From an uncultured Gemmatimonas sp. (GTDB lineage Bacteria; Gemmatimonadota; Gemmatimonadetes; Gemmatimonadales; GWC2-71-9), in assembly GCA_964619465.1 (NCBI GenBank), contig CAZUES010000001.1:198730-262729 (forward strand): 64,000 nucleotides of DNA. Direction: 5' to 3'. The position numbers and the translations under genes were made by a program. This document shows, piece by piece, positions 17,861 through 26,386 of this stretch. Numbering within the stretch: position 1 is the stretch's first letter; each line of letters opens with the position of its first letter. The notes under the pieces are model-generated. The model was not told where the DNA came from, did no database searches, and saw only the letters and a program-made list of their open reading frames with translations.

Positions 17861-20287
17861 TCAGTTCCGCGGGAGCGAGATCGGCTGATCGGCCGGTGTC
17901 GCCGATTCCTCGTTTTCTCCTCGCGTCGTGTACTCGTAGGCGTAGTACTTGTACGATCCCTTGCCGATATCGATGTGATTCAGGACGGCACCGAGCAACC
18001 GAGTCGGCAGTCGATCCATCAGCTGGATCTTCGCCTCGGCCAGTTCACGGTCCGTTTCCCCGGCGCGCAGTACCAGGATGGCATTCCCGGTGACGGTGCT
18101 GAGCACGAACGGATCGATGCCGGCGCCGAGCGGCGGACTGTCGATCAGGACGACCTGGTATTGTGAGCGAAGCGTCTTGACCAGGTCGACCATCGCAGAT
18201 GAGCCGAGCAGCTCCGGGCCGCGCGAGGCACGGGTTCCACAAGGAATCAACGTCAGCTGCGGATGCGCAGCGGTCTGACGGCAGACCTGTTCCAGGGTTG
18301 CTTCACCATTCAGGTAGTCCAGCAGGCCGGGGCGGCGATCGCCACCGAAGACGCGGTACAACTCGCCTCGACGGGTGTCGCCGTCGATCAGTACCGTTTC
18401 ATAGCCCGCTTGCGCGAACGACATGGCCAGGTTCGATGAGATCAGAGACTTACCGTCCCCGGCCATCGGGCTGGTGATGGTGAGCAGAATCGGGTCACCG
18501 TCGGCAAAAGAATGCGCCAGGTTGAGCCGAATTGAGCGGAAGGCCTCGACGATCTGAGCCGTTTCCACATCAGAGAGCACCGCACCTCGACTCTTGCGCA
18601 CCACGGGAATCGCTCCCAGGATCGTCAGCCCGAGACCTTGCGAGACCTGGTCGGGATAGCGGAACCGCTTATCGAGCCGATCGAGGACGATTGCGAGAGC
18701 GAGGGCCAGCCCTAAGCTGGCGACAACGCCGAACAGGACGATTCGCGGGGCCGTATTGGACGTCGGGTAGCCTGCGATTTCGGCGCGGTCGAGAATCCGG
18801 ACATCGGGTGTCGCGGTCAGTTCGGCCAGCCGGGCTTCCTGCATCCGTGCCTGCAGATTCTGACGCAGCGTGACGGTCGACTGCGCATCGCGCGCAAGCC
18901 TGTCTTCCATGGCCGTCCGGACCGGAATCTGCCGCAACTCGCGGGAGTCGCGATCGATTTCGGCCTGCAGCGTGGCTTCCTGTGTGCGCAGCTGGCTGAT
19001 CAGGCGCTCCGCGTAGAGCGGGACGGTGCGTGAGGTGAGTTCACCGAGATCGGCCACCAGTTTTTTGATGCCGCCGTACTCGTCGGTGTAGCGAGTGCGG
19101 AGTCCCCGCAACTCGGCTTCCGTCCGAGACACTTCGCTCAGCACGGTCATCAGATCCGGGGCATTACGGACGGCAGGGACCATATTGTAGGCGTCAACGG
19201 GAACCGACCCGGTTTGCCCGCCCTGACGGACCAGCGCTTCGATGGCTCGCCGGTCCTTCTCGAGATTGCTCAACTCGAGGCGTTTGGCCGTGAAGCTGGT
19301 CATCACCGTTGTCTGCGTCTGCTGCAGGCCTGCAGGGAGGGGCGCCTGCTGCTCGAGGCGTGGCTCGGTGATCGTAGTGACGCGATAGGTTTCGAGGGCC
19401 GTTTCCGCGTTGCGCATTGCGGAGTCGGCGATGCGGATCTGTTCCCCGAGATCTTTCGTGACGTTGGCGATCTGATCTCGCTTGAGACCATCTGCGACCT
19501 TCATGAACTGATCGAGGATCGCATTGAGAATGGTCGCCGCCCGCTCGGCGTTCGAGTCCTGGAGCCCGATGACCATCAGGGCGCTGTTCTGGACCACTCG
19601 CACCTGGAGAGCGCTGGCGAGTCCTTCCGAAATGTTGCGCGGGACAGTGACCGTGAACGGTACCTCGACACCGGCTGCGAGTGACCCCTGAGGCGGAGCC
19701 CACTGAAATCCGATCGATCGTCCGATCGAGTCCCCGATGATGCCGGTCTCGACGGGGATGCTCTTACCCATGATCAGGCTGTACCGCTGGCCCGACGCAT
19801 CGACCTGAAGCCGGTAGTCACCGGGCTGGAACCGAGGGGCCAGATCGAACTGCTGGAAAGCCCCGCCAGTTTCCGGAGGATGCCAAAGATAGAGGCGATT
19901 GTCCCGGACCACCGGGTCGATCACTGCAAAGCTGCGAATCAGCTGGGGCCACGAGTTGTCCCGCAGAACCCCATCCGGCCGGATCGGTCCGCTTCCCGAC
20001 TGACCCGAGGGGGCGATATACACGGTTGCGGACGAGGTGTACGATGGTTGGATGAAGCGAGTAGCGAAAATGCTCCCGACCGTTCCAAGGGCCAAGATGG
20101 TCAACACGAGCCACTTATACCGGAATACGGCCGAGATCATCCGGCCGATATTGAGGCCTCCCGCTTCGTCGCCCTCATCATGCGCGTCGGGGGATGCCAG
20201 GCTGGCGTCGACCTGACCGAGCGCGGAGCCGGTCGTGGGTTGGAGAGCACTGCCCTGGGCAGATCCGCCGAACATCTGATTCTTCAT
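17861..20287 (-). CDS. wzc: Wzc-like polysaccharide co-polymerase / tyrosine autokinase
   Basis: Two TMs flanking a coiled-coil periplasmic region; EAFRSIR, Walker A SPMAGDGKS, LIDGDTRRG, LIDSPP and Tyr cluster YKYYAYEY. Confidence 0.93.
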   Translation of the reverse strand: MKNQMFGGSAQGSALQPTTGSALGQVDASLASPDAHDEGDEAGGLNIGRMISAVFRYKWLVLTILALGTVGSIFATRFIQPSYTSSATVYIAPSGQSGSGPIRPDGVLRDNSWPQLIRSFAVIDPVVRDNRLYLWHPPETGGAFQQFDLAPRFQPGDYRLQVDASGQRYSLIMGKSIPVETGIIGDSIGRSIGFQWAPPQGSLAAGVEVPFTVTVPRNISEGLASALQVRVVQNSALMVIGLQDSNAERAATILNAILDQFMKVADGLKRDQIANVTKDLGEQIRIADSAMRNAETALETYRVTTITEPRLEQQAPLPAGLQQTQTTVMTSFTAKRLELSNLEKDRRAIEALVRQGGQTGSVPVDAYNMVPAVRNAPDLMTVLSEVSRTEAELRGLRTRYTDEYGGIKKLVADLGELTSRTVPLYAERLISQLRTQEATLQAEIDRDSRELRQIPVRTAMEDRLARDAQSTVTLRQNLQARMQEARLAELTATPDVRILDRAEIAGYPTSNTAPRIVLFGVVASLGLALALAIVLDRLDKRFRYPDQVSQGLGLTILGAIPVVRKSRGAVLSDVETAQIVEAFRSIRLNLAHSFADGDPILLTITSPMAGDGKSLISSNLAMSFAQAGYETVLIDGDTRRGELYRVFGGDRRPGLLDYLNGEATLEQVCRQTAAHPQLTLIPCGTRASRGPELLGSSAMVDLVKTLRSQYQVVLIDSPPLGAGIDPFVLSTVTGNAILVLRAGETDRELAEAKIQLMDRLPTRLLGAVLNHIDIGKGSYKYYAYEYTTRGENEESATPADQPISLPRN

Positions 20288-20348
20288 TAACGAGGTCCTC
20301 GTTGTTGACTGCCCCAGTCCAGCCTCGGGGGATCCGAGAGCAGCTTAT

Positions 20349-20364
20349 TGCAAGGTCGGTACCC
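20349..20364 (-). promoter_or_regulatory. Sigma54 (-24/-12) promoter of wzc
   Basis: Minus strand GGGTACCGACCTTGCA: GG-N10-GC with TTGCA, about 60 bp upstream of ATG 20287. Confidence 0.6.
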
Positions 20365-20641
20365 AGACGGTCAGACCGGACCTTCTCCCTTCGAGACCAT
20401 TACCTGCTGCCCAATGGCCCGCCTGACGGCAACACATCAACGCGATTGTGTAGCATTTTCGGTCCATCTGGTTGGTCAGGCCTGCCATCGACACGCACCT
20501 CTTGTGGCTAAAAACAGCACACTTTTGCAAGTTGGTGCTCTCATCTCTTCACTGTAACACGCCCGCTCCAGTTCCGGTGCACAATCTCGGCACATCGCGG
20601 AGTGTGTAGTTGTTTCATCCATCCATCACCAAAGCTATAGA

Positions 20642-20681
20642 TGTTGCTTGCACGCCGCATTATTGTTGCATGTGCGCATTG
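20642..20681. promoter_or_regulatory. Second copy of the tandem TGTTGC-N4-RCGCA motif
   Basis: TGTTGCTTGCACGCCGCATTATTGTTGCATGTGCGCATTG; same 22-bp period as 9334-9373. Confidence 0.6.
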
Positions 20682-20750
20682 GTGAAAATTGCCGGTGTTG
20701 TCAGCGACCCGCATCAAGGTCAGGAAACGGATCTAGAGCTGCTGTCTTTA

Positions 20751-20765
20751 CGGCACAGTTCTCGC
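20751..20765 (+). promoter_or_regulatory. Sigma54-like promoter upstream of the activator gene
   Basis: CGGCACAGTTCTCGC: GGCAC-N5-TCGC with correct spacing and one mismatch to TTGC. Confidence 0.45.
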
Positions 20766-20798
20766 CTGAAAGTGATGCAACCGGGCAGCGCAGAACCT

Positions 20799-22355
20799 AT
20801 GGATACACGGGGTAGCAGGTCGATGGGAGTACCCCCACATCTCGAAAACGGTCCAAAGGATCCCCCCCAGGTGGAGACGCCAGGGGCGCGGGATCCCTTG
20901 TCGATCCCGTCGGACGTCAAAGCCGGGATCCGGATTCTCTTAGTCGATGACGAACGGACCCTTCGGGAGAGTTGCGCCAGCGTCCTCCAGATGGACGGAT
21001 ACTCTGTCACATTAGCCGGCCGTGGTGAAGAAGCGCTCGACCTGCTCAAGAGCCGCCGCTTCGACATCGTGCTGGTCGACCTGTACATGTCGCAGGTCTC
21101 CGGCCTGGCCATCCTCCAGGCCGCGCTCGGCGCCCATCGCGATACCATCGTCGTCGTGATGACCGGCAACCCGAGTGTCACCACGAGCATCGAAGCGCTT
21201 CGTGCCGGTGCCTGGGACTACCTGCCCAAACCGTTTTCTGCCACGCATCTGCAGGTGCTGATTGGCCGCGCCTCGCACGCCGTCATGGTGGCTCGCGAAG
21301 CGAGCGACCTGCGCCAGCAGTTGCTGCACCAGCACAGTCACAGCGACAACATCGCGCTGATCGGTATCTCTCCGCTGTTCCGGAAGGCCATCGAGCTGGC
21401 CCGCAAAGTCGCGCCGACCGACGCCTCCGTCTTCATCAGCGGCGAGAGCGGAACCGGTAAAGAGGTGGTGGCGCAGTTCATCCATCAGAACAGTCGCCGC
21501 GCCAAGAAGACGCTGGTGCCGATCAACTGCGCCGCGTTGCCGGAGCAACTGCTCGAATCGGAGATGTTCGGGCATCGGAAAGGCGCCTTTACCGGCGCAG
21601 ACCGCGACAAGCCCGGGCTGCTCGAGATGGCCAACGGCGGCACGCTGTTCCTCGACGAACTGACCGAGATGCCGTTGCCGATCCAGGCCAAACTGCTCCG
21701 CGCAGTCCAGGATGGCGTGGTCCGCCGCGTCGGCTCGGAAACGTCGGACGCCACGGTCGATGTCCGATTCATCTCGGCGACCAACCGGGAACCGCAGCAA
21801 GCCGTCGAAAACGGGATTCTGCGGGGCGACCTGTACTATCGGCTTCGAGTGGTGCCGATCACCTTGCCGCCCCTCCGGAAACGCCTGGAAGACATCCCGC
21901 TGCTCGCCAATCACTTCCTGACGCACTACTGGGCCCGTCATCGCGGGATGCCCGATCGGACGCCGCGGATTTCGGAGGCTTGCATTGCGCACCTGCGCAG
22001 CCGGGCCTGGTACGGCAACGTCCGCGAACTCCAGAACGTGATCGAACATGTCGCCGTGCTGGCCGAACCCGATCAGGTGCTCGGTCCGGACGACATTCCG
22101 ACCTATGATGATCACGACGAGGCGCCTCGCGAAGCCCCGGCGCTGGCGCTGCCGGTAGCCGACGAAGCCTATCACCCGGCCAAAGAAAAAATCATTGCGC
22201 AGTTCGAACGTGATTACCTGGTGCGGTTGGTGGCGCGCGCCAACGGCAACATGTCGAAAGCTGCGCGGCTTGCCAGTGTCGACCGCACCACGCTGTATCG
22301 CCTGATGGACAAGCACAGCGTGCCGCGCGCCAAGGGAGCGGAGGACGGCGAATGA
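20799..22355 (+). CDS. Sigma54-dependent response regulator (NtrC family, REC-AAA+-HTH)
   Basis: LVDDE, LVDLYM, DYLPKPF, GESGTGKE, ESEMFGHRKGAFTGA, LFLDE, WYGNVRELQN and C-terminal HTH AARLASVDRTTLYRLM. Start uncertain (20799 or 20823). Confidence 0.94.
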   Translation: MDTRGSRSMGVPPHLENGPKDPPQVETPGARDPLSIPSDVKAGIRILLVDDERTLRESCASVLQMDGYSVTLAGRGEEALDLLKSRRFDIVLVDLYMSQVSGLAILQAALGAHRDTIVVVMTGNPSVTTSIEALRAGAWDYLPKPFSATHLQVLIGRASHAVMVAREASDLRQQLLHQHSHSDNIALIGISPLFRKAIELARKVAPTDASVFISGESGTGKEVVAQFIHQNSRRAKKTLVPINCAALPEQLLESEMFGHRKGAFTGADRDKPGLLEMANGGTLFLDELTEMPLPIQAKLLRAVQDGVVRRVGSETSDATVDVRFISATNREPQQAVENGILRGDLYYRLRVVPITLPPLRKRLEDIPLLANHFLTHYWARHRGMPDRTPRISEACIAHLRSRAWYGNVRELQNVIEHVAVLAEPDQVLGPDDIPTYDDHDEAPREAPALALPVADEAYHPAKEKIIAQFERDYLVRLVARANGNMSKAARLASVDRTTLYRLMDKHSVPRAKGAEDGE

Positions 22356-23428
22356 GCGAACGCGGTGACGGCGCGGCCGAACTCCTCGGCATGCTGACGA
22401 CCGCGACCGAACGCGCTTCCTCGAGCTGGGATTCGATCCGCGAGGACGCGGCGTCTCCGGAGGAAGTGGCCGCCACTGCCCGTCAACTCGCCGATGGCGT
22501 GCGCCACCGGCTGTCCGGTACCGGGCCGCCGCCGCCGGTATCCGGGAGCCCGCTCAGCCGGCGGATGCTCGGCCTCCTGCGCCGGGAGTTCGTCCGCCTC
22601 AATGAAACACAGCCCCATGCCGATGCCGCCGAGTTGATCCGGATGCTGGCGGCATTCGAACGATTGAGCACCGAGCTCGAGCCGGCCTGGGATCAGCGGT
22701 TCACCGACCGTCTCTCCGGGCCGGACGGCCTGGAGCTGGTCGTCGAGGTCGCCCATGATCTCCGATCGCCGCTGACCTCGATCCTGTTCTTGGCGGAAAC
22801 GCTCAACCGGGGACGGAGCGGTCCCGTCACACCCCTGCAGGAGCGCCAGCTGGGCTTGATCTACAGCGCGGCGTTCGGCCTGAGTTCCGTAGCAAGCGAT
22901 GTGATCGAACTGGCCCGCGGCGGCGACCGGCTGGTCGACCTGGAGCCGATGCCGTTCTCGGTGGCGGATATCCTCGAGTCGGTGCGCGACATCGTCCAGC
23001 CGATTGCCGAGGAAAAGGGCCTCGAGGTCAGGGTCACCGCGCCCGCCTCCAACTCGCGACAGGGCCATCCGGTTGCCCTGAGTCGTATCCTGCTCAACTT
23101 GACGACCAACGCCCTCAAGTTCACGGACGAAGGGTTCGTCGAGATCCGAGTTGCCGAAACGAGCTCCGGCGCACTCGAGTTTTCGGTTCGTGACAGCGGG
23201 CGCGGCATCCCGGCATCTGCTATGGCTACGCTGTTCGAGCCGTTCCGCCGTCGGCAGAAGGATCGTGACTATGCCTTCTCCGGCTCGGGACTGGGCCTTT
23301 CGATCTGTCGGAAACTGGTCGAGGCGATGCAAGGTGAGCTCAAGGTCGAGACCGGTTCGACCGGGACTCGATTCTTCTTCGTGCTCGATCTGCCCAGGAT
23401 CGACGCTGAATTTGGCTTGATCGGATAA
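22352..23428 (+). CDS. Cytoplasmic histidine kinase (HisKA + HATPase_c)
   Basis: H-box VAHDLRSPLTSI, N-box LNLTTNALKFT, DSGRGI, GSGLGLSI; no TM segment. Confidence 0.92.
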   Translation: MSERGDGAAELLGMLTTATERASSSWDSIREDAASPEEVAATARQLADGVRHRLSGTGPPPPVSGSPLSRRMLGLLRREFVRLNETQPHADAAELIRMLAAFERLSTELEPAWDQRFTDRLSGPDGLELVVEVAHDLRSPLTSILFLAETLNRGRSGPVTPLQERQLGLIYSAAFGLSSVASDVIELARGGDRLVDLEPMPFSVADILESVRDIVQPIAEEKGLEVRVTAPASNSRQGHPVALSRILLNLTTNALKFTDEGFVEIRVAETSSGALEFSVRDSGRGIPASAMATLFEPFRRRQKDRDYAFSGSGLGLSICRKLVEAMQGELKVETGSTGTRFFFVLDLPRIDAEFGLIG

Positions 23429-23431
23429 TCC

Positions 23432-24529
23432 ATGCCGACTTGGCTCCATATCGTCGGTGCCCGCCCAAATTTCATGAAGGTTGCCCCTGTGCTGACCGCC
23501 GGGGCCCTGCGCAATGTGCGGCAGTGCCTGGTCCATACCGGCCAGCACTACGACGCCGCCATGAGCGACACGTTCTTCTCCGATCTGGGCTTGCCAACCC
23601 CCGATGAAAACCTGGGCATCGGTTCAGGCACCCATGCCGAACAGACCGCGCGGATCATGCTGGCATTCGAGCCGGTGCTGGACCGGGTCCGACCCGATTG
23701 GGTCGTCGTCTACGGCGATGTCAACTCGACCATTGCCTGTGCCCTGGTAGCTGCGAAAAAAGGGGTCCGGATTGCGCACGTCGAAGCGGGCCTGCGGAGC
23801 GGCGACTGGTCGATGCCGGAGGAGGTCAACCGGGTTCTGACCGATCGGCTGTCGGATCTGTTGCTGACGCCGAGCCGGGACGCCGACGCCAATCTCCGGG
23901 CAGAGGGCATTGCCAGCGAACGGATCAGGTTCGTCGGCAATGTCATGGTCGATACCTTGCTCCGATTGGCCGATACCGCCCGGGCCATGAAGGTACCTGA
24001 GCGCTGGAACCTGCCGCCGCAGGGCTATGCGGTGGTGACCTTGCACCGGCCATCCAACGTCGACGATCCCGCCGTGCTGCGAGAGCTGGTTGGTGCGCTC
24101 GACGACCTCGCGCAATCCATGCCGGTCTGTTTTGCGGTGCATCCGCGCACCCGCCAGCGGATGCACGAGGCCGGGGTGCTGCCGTCCAACGCCGCGGTTC
24201 GACTGCTCGACCCGCTCAGCTATCTGGAGACGATCGGGCTGGTGGATTCCTCGCGGCTCGTGCTCACTGATTCGGGCGGCTTGCAGGAAGAAACGACGGT
24301 GCTGGGCATTCCCTGCCTTACGGCACGTCCCAACACCGAACGGCCGGTCACCGTCACCGAGGGCACCAACCGTCTGGTCGCGTCGACACGTTCGGCCATT
24401 GCCGCTGCGGTTGCCGATGTTCTCGCCCATGGGGCTGACGGGCCGCGCCAGTCGCGCCGTCCCGAAGGTTGGGACGGCGCGGCCGGCGTTCGGGTGGCCG
24501 AGGCGTTGCTCGGGACCCGGCAGGGCTGA
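23432..24529 (+). CDS. wecB: UDP-N-acetylglucosamine 2-epimerase (non-hydrolysing)
   Basis: GARPNFMK, HTGQHYD, HVEAGLRS, PEEVNR, TLHRPSN, TDSGGLQEE, TERP. Confidence 0.95.
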   Translation: MPTWLHIVGARPNFMKVAPVLTAGALRNVRQCLVHTGQHYDAAMSDTFFSDLGLPTPDENLGIGSGTHAEQTARIMLAFEPVLDRVRPDWVVVYGDVNSTIACALVAAKKGVRIAHVEAGLRSGDWSMPEEVNRVLTDRLSDLLLTPSRDADANLRAEGIASERIRFVGNVMVDTLLRLADTARAMKVPERWNLPPQGYAVVTLHRPSNVDDPAVLRELVGALDDLAQSMPVCFAVHPRTRQRMHEAGVLPSNAAVRLLDPLSYLETIGLVDSSRLVLTDSGGLQEETTVLGIPCLTARPNTERPVTVTEGTNRLVASTRSAIAAAVADVLAHGADGPRQSRRPEGWDGAAGVRVAEALLGTRQG

Positions 24530-24533
24530 CCGG

Positions 24534-25682
24534 TCAGAAGCGGTAGGTGGCCGCTGCCCCCGTGCTCGTCGGCATGCGCTCGGCGGGCACGACCACCACA
24601 TCTCCCTTAGCACGCAGAACCGCTTCCGCCAGGTCGTCCAGGAGGTCGTCGGCCGCAACGCCGTCGGTGTCGCTGTTCACGATTGCTCCGGACGTATGGT
24701 CGATCGCGCCCGGAATGATCCGATCGGCCTCGACCAGCAGGGTGTCGACCCGTCCGGCCGTCGTGGCGCTGGTAATGTCCTCGAGCGTGTCGGATGCCAG
24801 GTTCCGATTCTTTGCTCCCCGATAGACGTCGATCAAGCGAGCCAGGCGTTCGAGGTAGCGCGGGCTCATGACCTCCCATGCGGCCGCCCGCAACTCCTGG
24901 ATGTCGAGCGCATCCGGGTTGATGGTAATCCCCTGCGGCATCAGGGCGCTATTGTGGCTCAGTGCCCGGAACATGGTATGATGCTCAGGCAGCGCCGCGA
25001 GAATCAGCGGAAGGCCCGAGGGCTTGGAGTAATGCTCGAGGATGCCCCGGTCGATGACCCGGAAGAACCGTTCGGTGTCGAGGTCGACCTCGTCTTTGCG
25101 CTGGCCGCTTCCGTGGTGTACGGCGCCCTGGCTCCCCCCTCCGAATGAGCGGACCGCGGTATGTCCTTCGGTCAGCTTGTCTCCCAGCGCATCGGTGAGC
25201 GTGGCCGGAACATGTTCCAGGGGAATCAGGTCGAGCGCGTCACGATTCCCTTCGTAGAGCTTGGCTTCGTGGCGGTTGAGGCTCAGAATCTGGTATCGGT
25301 CGGCCGACTGGAGGATGCGCAGCATCGGCTTGGTGTGGAAGCTGTTCGCCACGACGACGCGTTCCCGAACCGGGCGCTGCAGGTCGAAGATCTCGAAATG
25401 ATCCGGCAGCCACGCCAGGATTGCCAGGCCGTCGGTGCGGTGATTCCAGAAGTGGGTGTCGTGCGCCAGGCTCTCGAAGCGTGCCAGCAGGGCGCGCGCA
25501 TCCCGAGCCGGATATCGTTCACGCAGCGAGGTTTCCATGGTGCGCAGCAGGTTCCGATAGCGGATCGGGTCCTGCTGATTGGCTGGATGATGCCGGTGAG
25601 TCGGCTGATACAGCGAGATGCAAGGCGGTTCGTAGTCGGTTGGCAGAGTCGCCAGGCGGCCGGGGGTCGAGAGTCGACGCAT
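24534..25682 (-). CDS. baeRF3-like (bacterial archaeo-eukaryotic release factor homolog) protein
   Basis: PCISLYQPTH, FHTKPML, YQILSL, FFRVIDR, LPLILAALPEH, GRVDTLLV, DDLLDDLAEAVLRAKGDVVVV, AAATYRF, as recalled for this family. RBS AAGGAG precedes ATG 25682. Confidence 0.7.
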   Translation of the reverse strand: MRRLSTPGRLATLPTDYEPPCISLYQPTHRHHPANQQDPIRYRNLLRTMETSLRERYPARDARALLARFESLAHDTHFWNHRTDGLAILAWLPDHFEIFDLQRPVRERVVVANSFHTKPMLRILQSADRYQILSLNRHEAKLYEGNRDALDLIPLEHVPATLTDALGDKLTEGHTAVRSFGGGSQGAVHHGSGQRKDEVDLDTERFFRVIDRGILEHYSKPSGLPLILAALPEHHTMFRALSHNSALMPQGITINPDALDIQELRAAAWEVMSPRYLERLARLIDVYRGAKNRNLASDTLEDITSATTAGRVDTLLVEADRIIPGAIDHTSGAIVNSDTDGVAADDLLDDLAEAVLRAKGDVVVVPAERMPTSTGAAATYRF

Positions 25683-25805
25683 CGAGGTCTCCTTGCGGTT
25701 GATACGGTGGCGGCGCGAGGGTCGCACCGCCCGGCGATCCGGTGATCGGAAAGCAGCCGCGTGTAAGTGCAGCCTTTCCTATAATAGCCAACCCGGCGGG
25801 AAGTG

Positions 25806-25845
25806 GATGAAGCCGGCCTCAAACAATCTTGAAGGCCGGCTCATC
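25806..25845. terminator. GC-rich hairpin downstream of the 25863-26315 gene
   Basis: GATGA-A-GCCGGCCT ... AGGCCGGC-TCATC, about 13 bp of stem; weak U-tract. Confidence 0.4.
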
Positions 25846-25862
25846 ATGTGTTTGGGGATCTC

Positions 25863-26315
25863 TCAGTTGTTTCGAGGAGGGCTTTGCCAGAGGACCATCC
25901 GGATCATCCAGCGGTCGCCGTCTTTGGCCAGCAGGAGGTAGTCGGTGCCCCAGGCTGCCGTGAGTTTGGCGCTGGCCGTTTTATCGAGGACGTCGTAGAT
26001 CGCGATTTCCTTGGGGGCGTCCGGCGGTGCGAATGACCGTCGTGCGCGGACGTTCCGCACATAGGTCAGAAACTCGCTCCATGGCATCGCGCTTTCTTCG
26101 TATGCCGGTGCGTTCCCTGGCGCGTAGAATCCCTGCTTGATGACATCGGGGCGCACACTGCGGACCAGTTTGGTGCTGTCGCCCTCATAGAATCCTTCGA
26201 CGTAATCGAGTACGGCACGATGGACCGCGGCGCGATCGGCCGCCGGCTGGCCGAAAGCGCCGGCGGGAAGGACCAGGACAGCGAGCAGGGTTGTGGTGAC
26301 GGATCGGAATGTCAT
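25863..26315 (-). CDS. Secreted NTF2-like / putative lumazine-binding family protein
   Basis: Signal peptide; AVLDYVEGFYEGD...ASAKL.A.WG.DYLLLAK.G..W.I..VLW. Confidence 0.7.
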   Translation of the reverse strand: MTFRSVTTTLLAVLVLPAGAFGQPAADRAAVHRAVLDYVEGFYEGDSTKLVRSVRPDVIKQGFYAPGNAPAYEESAMPWSEFLTYVRNVRARRSFAPPDAPKEIAIYDVLDKTASAKLTAAWGTDYLLLAKDGDRWMIRMVLWQSPPRNN

Positions 26316-26386
26316 GCTGCCTCGGCGAGAGATCGATCTGATCCCTACGGCGGCGGCCGAGGCCCGGTTTCCGATCTCGTGCGATG

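Noticed and set aside
20435-20448. IHF site (ATCAA...TTG) between the wzc promoter and its putative enhancer
   Set aside because: The spacer is one base longer than the WATCAANNNNTTR consensus.
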